Positions 24,383-36,290 of a stretch of 64,000 nucleotides of DNA are shown here, piece by piece (position 1 is the stretch's first letter; the number at the start of each line of letters is the position of its first letter). Location of the stretch: positions 48,298,001 to 48,362,000 of the forward strand of contig NC_090340.1 in the NCBI RefSeq assembly GCF_035084215.1, in the 5' to 3' direction. The notes beneath the pieces were generated by a model, which ran no database searches, was not told the DNA's origin, and was given only the letters and a program-made list of their open reading frames with translations. This stretch comes from Heptranchias perlo (taxonomy: Eukaryota). Made by a program: the position numbers and the translations under genes.

Positions 24383-26094
24383 ACATGCATACATCTGCTA
24401 TGCCTGAACAGAGATGTGTAAGAACGCTTCTGATATCAAACCCATAGGTGCAGTGTAATTGCAGTGTGTTGATCTAAAGTGAGTTGCACTGCCTAATAGT
24501 TATTTTATTGGCTTACGGGTTATCAGGTACAATAAGCCTGAATGTATTAGAAGCCACAACAAGCAAAGATGATCTCAACCCTGTAATTATGTTTGTGGTC
24601 AATCAATTAACCACTTAATCAATCAAAAAAGATTAGTAATAAGGTCTGGATACTCATTTTCCTCACCTTCAGCTTTCTTCCTACTGTTTTAATACCAGCA
24701 ATTCTTTGGGTCACATTAGTGGTTTTTAACCTCCTTGTTCCCATCATCACAGTTGGGTACAGCTTGAGCAAAGGGGATTTAGAATCAATCCGTACTCTTC
24801 TAAATAAAGTGTATCATTTTCAATACAGTCGTATTATCACAATTAAGGATGCAAATTACTTATGGCAACATTAGTCACCCAGTTAAAATAAATGGATTAA
24901 TACCTCTGTTAAAAAAGCAAACAGGGAAATGTCACACAAATGTGATAAACATTCATCTGCTAATATCTGTGACAGAAGCAGAGCTCCATCATGCCTCAAA
25001 TAGGAATATTTCCATAGCATATCCTTTTCAATTTTATATAGTATAATGTGAATTTCAAATTGGCTTCCGTTTACTGTGGCTTAGACATAGGGATTGATAA
25101 TACCCTGACTGATGCTCATTGTGCTGAAGCGCAATGGATGCCAGCTCCCTGTATTATGAGGTGCATAGGCCTACCATAAACCCAATGTGCTCTACATCCC
25201 CAGTTCAGGTCTGAATCATTACTAGTGCTCAGAGACTGGCAACAAACTGTGCACATGGCTCATTAAGGGCCTCGGAATGATTTTAAATGAGCACAAGTCC
25301 CATAATGCAGTTGAAGCGCCTAAGTAGTTTGGAACCCCAGAAAATTATATAAGACCTTGGAATTGTCCCTGTAGACTTTAGTTCCCTGTATGACTACCTA
25401 TTTCTATGCATGATGATGAACAAGGGCTCCATGGGAGCCATTGCCTACGTAATATTTAATCAAAAACTCAGTTAAAAAATTCTGGAAGGAACTACAAAGA
25501 CTTTGAATTCAATTTTTTTTGAACATTTGTATAAGCATTGTATAGCTCAAGTATTGTAACACCAGACAGTTTTGTTTGTTTTAGCTTCTGTGTATATATT
25601 GCATTTGCAAATAAATGTTACCATTTAGTTTTAACCTTAATGGTACAATCTGACACTGTGATGTTCATTGTCTTTCAAAGTAGAAAGGAGAATATTGTGG
25701 ACAGTCTCTGGTGCAAAAAGCCTGCAAAAAGAGTAACTGTTAGTCTTGTGCCAAGCTAACCCATTCAGACCATGTATAACATTACAAGTTTCAGTTCACT
25801 TCATGTGGATCTGCTTATGTAAACTGATCTTTTGCTGTGAAGATAAATTAAGAGTATTGGGAGCAACACCAAACTGTAACAATACTCAACAAAAATTCCT
25901 AGCATCTGTAGTGAAGTGTGATCTTTATCAAACTCACTATCATGTATATGATCATTCCTGCAATCAATAGCTCAGGGTTTGTGCTGCTCATTCTGTAAAA
26001 CCCTTTAAATTGTTGTATTTAGGTGACATGGTTGTAGAACTATTGTCATTTTTGTTGGATTTTAATTTTGTTGCAAGAAAGCAAATGGGATGTT

Positions 26095-26480
26095 AAGTTG
26101 TATGAAAAGGGGAACAGAGTGCAGATCGAAGAAGGTTATCCTATGAAGTGTTAGTCAGGCCACATCTGGAGTATTGTGTACGGTCTGCAAACCTCACTAC
26201 AGGAGGGATGAAGCTGTGCTAGAAAATATGTAGAGAAGAGATACGAGAATGATTAGGGCATTAGAAAATAAAACATATGGGGATTGACTCACAAAACTAG
26301 GACTCTTCTTGTTGGATCGAACACTGGGGGATATTTTGGAGGCATTTAAATCAATAAGACCCAGGGATGTTGAGGATCAGTAAGGAATATTTGATTTAGT
26401 ACGGAACAGCAGAACAAGGAAAGGCATGCAGAAACTGAAAAGGGGTAGGTTCCGGTTTTGGTTTATCAATCTGTGGCACA
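26095..26480 (+). mobile_element. Highly decayed CR1 fragment
   Basis: GTTAGTCAGGCCACATCTGGAGTATTGTGTA (VRPHLEYCV motif). Confidence 0.55.
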
Positions 26481-29400
26481 GAGCTTTGATGCTGCAACAC
26501 ATTGGAATTTAATTTTTGCAGAACTTTTATAATTATCATTATTTTTGAAATCCACTGCAACATTATTTAATAGTAGTTACTTCACAATTAACCATGACCT
26601 TTCCCTATAAATACCGTGCAAAAAGATTTTAGTCCCTTGTGTGTTTTGTTTCTGTAGGAAAATTATTTGTTAAATTTAATTCCTGAACGTGTAGGAGTCG
26701 TAGATTTACAAGGTAACAAGATGGTGGATTCACAATCTGAAGATATATCACATTAGCTGCAGGGACTCAAATGAGCATTTGCCCCTTTCAGCAGTGGGTA
26801 GGAAAAAACATCAGGATTTATGTTCATGTGTAGAGCAATACTTAGCATACATCAACAGGATCTGTGTCTGCATAAGCATAATAAGAATTTAATTTTAAGT
26901 ATCAGAATAGCAAAACAACAGCTAGCTTCAATTTGAGACCAACAGGATAATGCATAACAGATTTGGAAGGTTAATTTCCATAGTTTATAATTAGAAGTAA
27001 CAACAATATAATTTCTCATGTCATTCTGCCACATGGATGATATGATGGGAACAAAAGACTGTGCTATCGATAGTAATGTATTCCTCTGGGTGGCTCTGGT
27101 TTCACCACTGTGTGTGAGTTATTGTCCATGGTTCTTTTCCTGATTATAAGCTACTTTTTTCAGTTCCTGACTTCTTTTAGCTAAAGCCTTGCACATACTA
27201 ATATCTGTTACACTATACATTTACTGTATAGTCTTTTTGCTAGCCTCGTTTATCCTATTTTGAAAGGGTAGGAATTATTCAAATGAAGATGAGTGAATTC
27301 TCCATGGCACTTTCTCCTGACACCACACTTTTTTCTAAAGTTTACATTTCTGCTAAAATTAGCAAAGGGAGGAATAGTGGGATCAGTATCTTATAACACT
27401 ACCATTTCAACATGGGATTTAGATTTGAAGGCAGACCAGATTGATAGGAATGCTAAAAGTCAAGAACATTGAGTATATGTAGCAAAGAATGGAAAAATAT
27501 AATAGTTTGTGATCAGTCTCTAAAGATACTGAAAACCCTGATGACAATGCTTTTAAGCACTTGCTATGAAAGGTCCTCTTGTCCTATGTTAAATGCAAGG
27601 TCATTTAAGTTGGTGGTACTTTTTCATTTGTTCAAATAGTCAGTTCTCCAAGGCAGCACGGCATGTCAAACTGATAATAAAGTAGGTAAACAGCAGTAAC
27701 ATTCTGAAGGACATGCACAACTTTAGTATTGGTTGTTTAGACTTATCTCCTAAAATCTACTAGTTTAGAGAAAAATTTGAACAATTCTACAGTTAATGAA
27801 AGTAAATATATGGTTCAAATATGTTAACCTGAAAACTTAAGGATCATATCTTAGGGTTGACCCATCTCAACCCAATCTTATTTCCTTCCGGCAGCAGAAG
27901 GCCTCCTAAACAGTGTATCAGCTGGAGAAATGTGGATAAAGATCCACTTCTTATTAGACTGAAAACTGCTTCATAGAGGCCAATTTCAGAATATATCAGC
28001 AGATGATCTAAAGTGGTATGTCGACAATACAAAATGCAAATACCAATAAGCATGACCAAATTGAAGTGCGGCAATAAGCACAGAGGATGTGGTGGCTCCA
28101 GCACAAACTTGAAGAACAAATGTTGATGCCATCATGGTCAATGTACAATCCTGCCTTACCCATATTTCTTGCCACTTCTATTAAGTACCCTGTTCATACT
28201 GTTCAAAGAAATAACAGAAGACATGTTGAATTAAGTGTCACAGTTTTTTTAAATTAGAGCTGTAGAGCGGCTGTCTTGACATGCAAACAGATCGCAGAAT
28301 CTGTGATGTATATAGTAGAACTGATCAATAATTACATGTTCTAAACAGAGGATTGTCATATGGGTACTGATTGGTGGAGGATACACAATAGAAACAGAAA
28401 AATGGGGACAGATTACCATTTACACAGAAATTGGCTCACTGCCAGTCTTTAATTGTGGAGTCTTTAACACGTAAAACAAATCAGTGTGGCTTGGGAATAT
28501 TATACAACCAAATATCCCCAGTACAAAGGGTTTGAGACATTGGTTTAATTGATGTCATTATTTAATAGAGTAATAGCAGATTCAGTTTGACATAGTAGAA
28601 TTTAAGGAGCACTGACTACTTCTGTTGTATCACGGCATATTATCCATTATAATTAGGTCAACGGTGATCTTACCCATCTGTGGTAATAGCACTTCCAAAT
28701 TTTAACTGACTGATAAAAATGTAAGAGGAAACAGCACAGAACTGAGAAACCTCTTAGGCTGACCATAGACTTAAGTTAATATATATAGATATTAATGTGT
28801 TTTAATAAATATATATTGTTATTAATGTGCTTTTGCCTCTTTTGTTCAATATGTTCAGAACATTTTGAATTGGTTAGCTTTTGAATTGTAGAAAAGGCCT
28901 TTTTTCAAATTAACCTAAGGCACATAAGTATATCAAGTCTAATTAGTATAATTGATTAAAGAATCATCTGTAATGACATAACAATTATACTCTCCATGGT
29001 TCCAGAGACAGGACTTTAGAGACCATGGGGAACTCCAGTTTCTCACTGACTTGATTAACATACATTAATTATGTATAATTGGCATAATTATAACATCCTG
29101 CGTAGTACCAATTCACTCCTCTAATGGGCTGTGAACTGTTGCACAGGCAAAATAGAAACATGATGTCATTATATTTTCTCTTTTCACACACCATAACAAG
29201 TTAAAATAGACTCTTAATGTTAAAAGTGAAGGAATGCTTAGGATTTAGCTTGCTTTAAACGTAAAGCCTCACGATATGGCAGCGTTTTGTTTACCAGGGA
29301 TTTGGAGTTCAAAGCTGTCTCTGGGTATATGTTGGTACAGTTCCAGATAGCTTTAGGAAAGAATGAATAGTGTTGACAACTAAGCTTTCAAGAGAGTCAG

Positions 29401-30259
29401 TTGCTTGACATTAATTACTGCAGTGATTTATGCTTATAATGATAATCAACATTCTTATTGATAGATCAGCAGTATTAAACACAGCCACAATCACGACATT
29501 TTCATGTATCTGAAGACAGTAACTCTCACTGCCAGTCAAGACAAGCTACATAATAGAAATATAGTTTTCAGTGCTATCTGCTAATTGAAATCAGCATTTT
29601 ACAGTCTTGCGTCTAAGACACCTATGAGCAATAGATTAAGAATGATAAAGTTCAGTAAACACGATCTTTAGAAAAAAAAGTTACATACAAAGCAGAGATA
29701 CCTTTGCACTTGCCAAAGTGAGAAAAATCTTTCCTCAAATTGTTGTGCATTAATGTCCCCTACCTTCGGTTACTTTGTTAACTGTCACTGTGAGCTCTGT
29801 TCCCGTAAGTGGGGACTCCTGTATTTTTAACAGGAATTCACTCCCTAGAGGCAAGAAAATAACAAATCTCACTATTCTACAAGCTTTACACCACTATTTA
29901 TTATGCCTGAGTGTCAAAATGGCCAGTGCCAAGAAAAGACACATCAATTATAAAATTATCATTGCAGGACAAGCACCAGTTATCATAGTCCAAAATGATG
30001 CTTTGGCACACTTAGCAAAATAAAATTGGACTTTTTGTGATTCTCAATTTGATGGCAAGAAAGGTGCTGAATATTGTAGATAAAGTCCAATGTTTCATAA
30101 AAAAATCAGGTATTAATAAACCATTTCAACAGATGCAGTAATATGTTAAAACTGAACCTAGTGGGGCACTATTTTCTTTGACAATGTCTTTGTTTATTAT
30201 AAAACACACCCAGATGGTAAAGATGATACTGTAGGTTTGGTCATCATTTTTAAGTCACA

Positions 30260-30715
30260 CTACTGATTAATTAATGGTGGCCATCATCAGCTTGAGCTTT
30301 TGATCAAAATAGGTTCCCCGCATGTAAGTGTGCACCCTAATTACACGGTAGAAGGTTCTGGAGTCCTTCAGTTCCGCATTGCAGGTAACTTAAGAGTTTA
30401 TTCCTCCATGCATGGAGATAGAATTCATTTTTGATATGGGGTAATTAAAGCGGTAGAATCAAGAAACACATGTTCTAACTGGTAAAAGGTAATTTTAGGA
30501 TTAATATCAGGACATTGTTCTTCAAGACAGGACAGTGTGACTTCAGAAAGAATGATCAATCCGTGGAATAAACTTCCAGTGGAGGCAAAAATCCCTGGAA
30601 TGATTTAAGAAACAATGAGATTGTACAATGGGGGATGTTAGGATCTCTGTGGATGGATGAATTAAGGCTGGGCCGAATGGTCGTCCTCATCTATAATTAT
30701 CTTTTGATCTTGTAA
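30260..30715 (+). mobile_element. Highly decayed CR1 3' fragment
   Basis: CATCAGCTTGAG...TGGAATAAACTTCCAG...GGGCCGAATGG...CCTCATCTATAATTATCTTTTGATCTTG resembles an old CR1 tail. Confidence 0.45.
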
Positions 30716-30936
30716 TAGTTAACAAATTATGAAGAGCTGAAGTCTTCATGCTCTGTAAAAAAAGATCAGGATGTTACTCTACAGTAAGATATACTTTGGG
30801 TCTCAGACATTAAAAATAAGAATGATGTCAAATTATTCAGTGAAACCAGCCACATAGAGTGTTGAAACACAGTGAGATTGTCATTTGCATATTATTTGCA
30901 TTTCCTTTTATAATGAAGCCCAAAAAGCAACTATCG

Positions 30937-31112
30937 GAAGCAATTTTAATCTAAGCCGCCCGTCGGGAAACTGAAGGGATCGGGTTCAACACCCCGCCCG
31001 ATTTTACTCTCCACTGAAGTCCGTGGAGAGTAATATTGGGCAGGGTGTAAAACCAACATTCCACCCGATACTGTGGGTTTTCTGCCTGGCAAGTTAGGTT
31101 AAAATTACCCCC
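30937..31112. mobile_element. Short palindromic MITE
   Basis: GCAATTTTAATCTAA / TTAGGTTAAAATTACC ends; central hairpin GCCCGATTTTACTCTCCAC-TGAAGTCC-GTGGAGAGTAATATTGGGC. Confidence 0.65.
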
Positions 31113-31869
31113 CCCCCCCACCGTATTTCTTTCTTCAGCATCAATGATTATTTATTCTGACAGTACTAGGTACACGTATGAATAAATATTATATAGTTTT
31201 AAACAAATTTACTGTTTATAATTAAAACTACTGTTAAATTTATTTAAATAGTGAAGTTTCAAAGTACACTATTAACAACAGTTAAACTGTGAGGAGTATT
31301 AAATGAGGAAATACAACTTAAGTACCTCTGCCTTAGGCCTTCTACAATGTTCCAACTAAGCTCTTTTCTTTGTATTTGTCATTTTGCTGGCCTCTGATCT
31401 TAATACTGAGTTTAATAACTTCAGACCTTAACTATAGTTCCCATTTCTCTCTGGCAGCAAGTGTTGGCAATGTGGGTTAGGTGTACCAGCATTTCTGGGT
31501 TTAGGAGGGATGTAGCAGGTTGATGCTTGGGATGAGGATCTCCCCTGTCAGGGCGCCAAGGTGATCTGCACCCTCAGTATTGACCTTTTTTCTTCTACCT
31601 GGGCCACTGGAGCCTGCTCAACTTTGCCATTTTTTCATGCTTCCCTTTCTACCTGTCAGTTGCCCACCCTTTTATTTATTCATACACTCTCTGTGTCTCT
31701 TATATGACTTTCATTGGATTTCTCTCGCTATGTCTCCTATTGTCTCATGCTAATATCCATATATATTTCCTTTCCTCTGTGTGAGTGTGTGTGTGTATGT
31801 GTGTGTTTTACTCTCTCCCGTTCTCCTTCGCCTTGTTCTGTTCCTATTTAAATGCTGCTCACCGATAAT

Positions 31870-32579
31870 GGCCCAAATCTTGCTGCAGCAGGGGCATCTT
31901 GTGGCCCTGTAAGTTGCTGAAAGTGCGAGCTGATATTGGCGTGGCGAGGGCAACGGGGCATCTCTGACCTTAGTGAACGATGGGACCAACATCTATCTCC
32001 TTAACCAATGAGATTTAAGGATTGAGAAACAGAGGAACGACAGAGAAGGAAAGTGAATCAGAGTGGGTAAATTAGAGTCAAATCAGGTACAGAAAGAGAA
32101 ATAAAGAGAGGGAAAGAAAGATTGGATTAAGAGAGAGAAAAAAAAGAGACAGAAAGGAAAAGTAAGAAAAAAACTTTACATTTTAAATTTGACATTTTTA
32201 AAATCTCTTAAGGTGAATTTACTACATGCAGGAATGAGACTCAACAGTTTAAACAGTTCCCTTCTGGGCCAGAGACATTGATTGGCATTGCATTAACAAT
32301 TATCACGTCATTAAAAGGGTACTTACACTGTTAAGTATCAGCTGTAACTTTCTGCGGCAAATTTAATTCAAGTTTAATGTGCAAATCCAGCAAGTTCTTA
32401 AAAATAACAGGGAGATTGAGTGAGTGTAAGGCAAACGGTGGATTGGCTTAAATCAACCAGCAAGTTATGGTGATTCGCAACTCACGGCATTTCTCTTCGC
32501 CTGAACTTGCTGGCCGGTTTGCGCATTAATAACAGTGTGTGGTGTGAACTCGCTGTTATACTTCAGCAAGATTTGGGCC
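31870..32579. mobile_element. MITE family B copy
   Basis: Perfect 16-bp TIR GGCCCAAATCTTGCTG / CAGCAAGATTTGGGCC with AAT on both flanks. Confidence 0.85.
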
Positions 32580-33624
32580 AATATTTTCCAGTTTTGATGA
32601 TATCCAAAATGTTAAGTTAACTGTTCTTTCCACAGATACTGCACATTTTCAGCATTTTCTGAGTTAATTCATTAGTTTCTAAAAAGCTTCTTCTTTTGGC
32701 ACAAAAATCACAGTTATAGTTTAGTTACCTGTAGTAATAACCTACTTCTTTTTGTGCTGCTATTGAAAATACAATTCAATAAATTAAAAACCAGCATTTA
32801 ATAAAATTGATGCAAATGGAATTTAAATATGAAATCAGTGAAACAGCTGATACAAGGCAATAAGCGTATTTTATATTCCTATTGAAAATCTTTTCACTTC
32901 TGTGTAGCAGTGTGTACTGGTTACTATTTAGGTTAAATGTTCAAACTGGCTGTGAACTCTCTCACAAGATCAGGCTGCTTCGTGTAACTCTGGATCAGGC
33001 AACACAGTAACAAGAGAAATAGCAATAAATATCGAGTCATATTTCTATTTATTTATCAAATTTAAATTCAATACATAATAAATATTTCAAAAGGTTTGTA
33101 AATATTTTCAAATTTGAAATTCTATGTATTGGAGGATATATATATCATGTCTATCATTTATGTATAACTAGGCTGCTGAGTACAGCTGAACCAAGTCATG
33201 AAAAATATTCAGAGAGCTCCATCTGCTGTATTTTCATGTGTAGTGCTCCGGAAGACATATATAAACACATACATCATTTTTACTTTGGCCTGCAACAGTA
33301 ATGGACACTTGAAACCTTTGCTATCTTAACGTTATGAATCAAATACAATATTTTTAAAAGTAGTTAATAAAATAGTTGAACTGTTTCCCAAATTGAATTC
33401 AACTTCTTTGCTACTGGATTTTAAACAACTGTGCCCAATCAGTTAAGGTAGTTGCTAAACTAAGTTGTATTAACTGTGACATTTTTTAGTCAGCTGTCTA
33501 GTAGGCAACTGAATAATCATTAATCCAGGTATAAAGTTTTAATTCTTGCTTGTGATTCTGTAAATATTCTTAACCCTTAGAACGCTGTCAACTCCATGAT
33601 ATTCCCCACTCCCTAGACTGTTCC

Positions 33625-34885
33625 TTTTTAAAAATTCATTCATGGGATGTGGGCATCACTGGCAAGGCCAGCATTTAGTGCCCATCCCTAATTGCCCTTA
33701 AGAAGGTGGTGGTGAGCCACCTCCTTGAACCGCTGCAGTCTGTGTGGTGAAGGTTCTCCCACAGTGCTGTTAGGTAGGGAGTTCCAGGATTTTGACAAAG
33801 CAATGATGAAGGAACGGCAATATATTTCCAAGTCAGGATGGTGTGTGACTTGGAGGGGAACGTGCAGGTGGTGGTGTTCCCATATGCCTGCTGCCCTTGT
33901 CCTTCCAGGTGGCAGAGGTCGCGGGTTTAGGAGGTGCTGTCGAAGAAGCCTTGGCGAGTTGCTGCAGTGCATTTTGTAAATGGCACACACTACAGCCACG
34001 GTGCGCCAGTGGTGAAGGGAGTGAATGTTTAAGGTGGTGGATGGGGTGCCAATCAAGCGGGCTGCTTTGTCTTGGATGTTGTCAAGCCTCTTGAGTGTTG
34101 CTGGAGCTGCACTCATCCAGGCAAGTGGAGAGTATTCCATCACACTCCTGACTTGTGTCTTGTAGATGGTGGAATGGCTTTGGGGAGTCAGGTGAGTCAC
34201 TCACCGCAGAATACCCAGCCTCTGACATCCTCTTCCAGCCACAGTATTTATATGGCTGGTCCAGTTAAGTTTCTGGTCAATGGTGACCCCCAGGATGTTG
34301 ATGGTGGGGGATTCGGCAATGGTAATGCCGTTGAATGTCAAGGGGAGGTGGTTAGAGTCTCTCTTGTTGGTCTTGCCTCCGAAAGCTTGTGAATTTAAAA
34401 TAAAATTGCTGGACTATAACTTGGTGTTGTAAAATTGTTTACAATTGTCAACCCCAGTCCATCACCGGCATCTCCACATCATGTTGGAGATGGTCATTGC
34501 CTGCCCGTTTTGTGGTGCGAATGTTACTTGCCACTTATCAGCCCAAGCCTGGATGTTGTCCAGGTCTTGCTGCATGCAGGCATGGACTGTTTCATTATCT
34601 GAGAGGTTGCGAATGGAACTGAACACTGTGCAATCATCAACATACATCCCCACTTCTGGAATGTCGTTGATGAAGCAGCTGAAGATGTTTGGGCCTCGGA
34701 CACTGCCCTGAGGAACTCCTGCAGCGATGTCTTGGGGCTGAGATGATTGGCCTCCAACAACCACCACCATCTTCCTTTGTAGTAGGTATGACTCCAGCCA
34801 CTGGAGAGTTTTCCCCCTGATGCCCATTGATTTCAATTTTACTAGGGCTCCTTGGTGTCACACTCAGTCAATTGCTGCTTTGATC
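33625..34885 (-). mobile_element. Second CR1-clade LINE family, RT to 3' end, decayed
   Basis: LQWLESYL..RKMVVVVGG..AGVPQGSVRGPNIFSCFINDI..MYVDD and IYKTQVRSVMEYSPLAW; similar to 14299-14900. Confidence 0.92.
34371..34481 (+). mobile_element. 111-bp insertion, probably a Penelope-like terminal fragment, with 6-bp TSD
   Basis: Interrupts the LINE; TGTTGG is duplicated at 34365-34370 and 34482-34487; contains CCGAAAGCTT and AATAAA. Family assignment is tentative. Confidence 0.55.
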
Positions 34886-34907
34886 TGATCCATTGGTTGT
34901 GGGATCG

Positions 34908-36290
34908 CTTTTTTTAAATTTCAAAATAAACTTTATTCATAAATAAAAGTACACACAATGCAATTCAAGTCATGCTTCAAACAATACAGTACAGGTCATA
35001 CAATTTGCAATGGTACATACAGTAGAAATCAATGCTGCCGGTACAATCAGTAGTTACTCACCATATATTGTAAATACAGTTCATGGCACCCTAGGGTGCC
35101 TCCTTACATTACAGTCGTTACCGGTTATAGATACAGTACATTTTGTTTCGTTCATTTATCATTTTACTTTCTGCCCGAGGGGTTTTTTCCCTGATTCCAG
35201 CCCCTTGGTATACAATGGCTCTAAATGGTGGCCTTTCTCCATAGAGCCTTTGCGTAGGTTGCACCTCACTTCAGTGAGTTCCGCAGCACGTACTCCTGCA
35301 CCTTGGAGTGTGCCAAGTGGCAACACTTGGTCGTGGACAGCTCCTTCAGCTGGAAGACCAGCGGGTTTCAGGCGGACCAAAGGGCCTCCTTCACCGAGTT
35401 AATGGTCTTCCCGCCGCAGGTGATATCTGTCTCGGTGTGCGTCCCAGGGAACAGCCCGTAGACCACATCGTCCTGTGTTACCAATCTGTTTGGGATGAAC
35501 CGGAACAGATACCAATGCATCTCTCTCCACACCCTCTTCGCAAAGGGACAGCCCATCAGGAGGTGGATGACGGTCTCCTCCCCGCCACAGCCTCGAGGGC
35601 AGCACGGTGGCGCTGAGGTTCCATGCATGTTGGAAGAACATAACTGGGAGGTCCTTTCTCATCACCATCCTGGCTACATCCTGGTGCCTGTTGGTCAGTT
35701 CCGGCAATGCAATGTTCTGCCAAATGGCATCGACCATCTGGTCAGGGAAGAAACCAATCGACTCTGAGAATGTTTTGTGTCGACCAATGTCTGAAGGCCT
35801 TGTGGTCGAAGGGGTTCCTCCTCAGGAACTTCTCCACCTGGGACAGGTGGGGGGTGGGGGAACGGTCCAGCTGGACGGGACGTCCTGTGCCTACGCAGCC
35901 AGCGTGGCCAGACCCAGCCTTCTCAGTGTGTTGGACAGGTTGAAACCCAGCACTAGTGTCAGTTGGTGTTTGCATACTGGGGCTCTACACATATTCTGAG
36001 GTAGCCACACACAAAGGTGGCCATCAGGATCAGAGCGGCGTTGGGGATGCCCTTCCCTCCTTTGTTTGGGGTCTTGTACATGGTGGTCCTGCAGACGCGT
36101 TCTACCTTGGACCTCCAGAAAAAGTGGAAGATAGCTCGGGTGACTGTGACGGTGGAGTTGTGGGGAATGGGCCAGACCCTGGCCATGTAGAGCAACACCG
36201 TGAGCTTAGCTCTGTCTATAGCATGTTGCTTCCGCTGTTTAGCATGCATGTAGTCCTGTGTTGTAGCTTCACCAGGTTGGTACCTCATTT
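34908..36290 (-). mobile_element. Tx1-clade (L1-Tx1) LINE, 3' ORF2 fragment with A-tail
   Basis: LLYMARVWPIP..AIFHFFWRSK..GGKGIPN, CPRGCGGEETVIHLLMGCPFAKRVW zinc knuckle and INSVKEALWSA; minus-strand AATAAA and A-run near 34908-34940. Confidence 0.85.

Noticed and set aside
29775-29810. GTELTVTV resembling an Ig/TCR J segment
   Set aside because: No F/W-G-x-G motif, no recombination signal sequence, and no V or C exons nearby.
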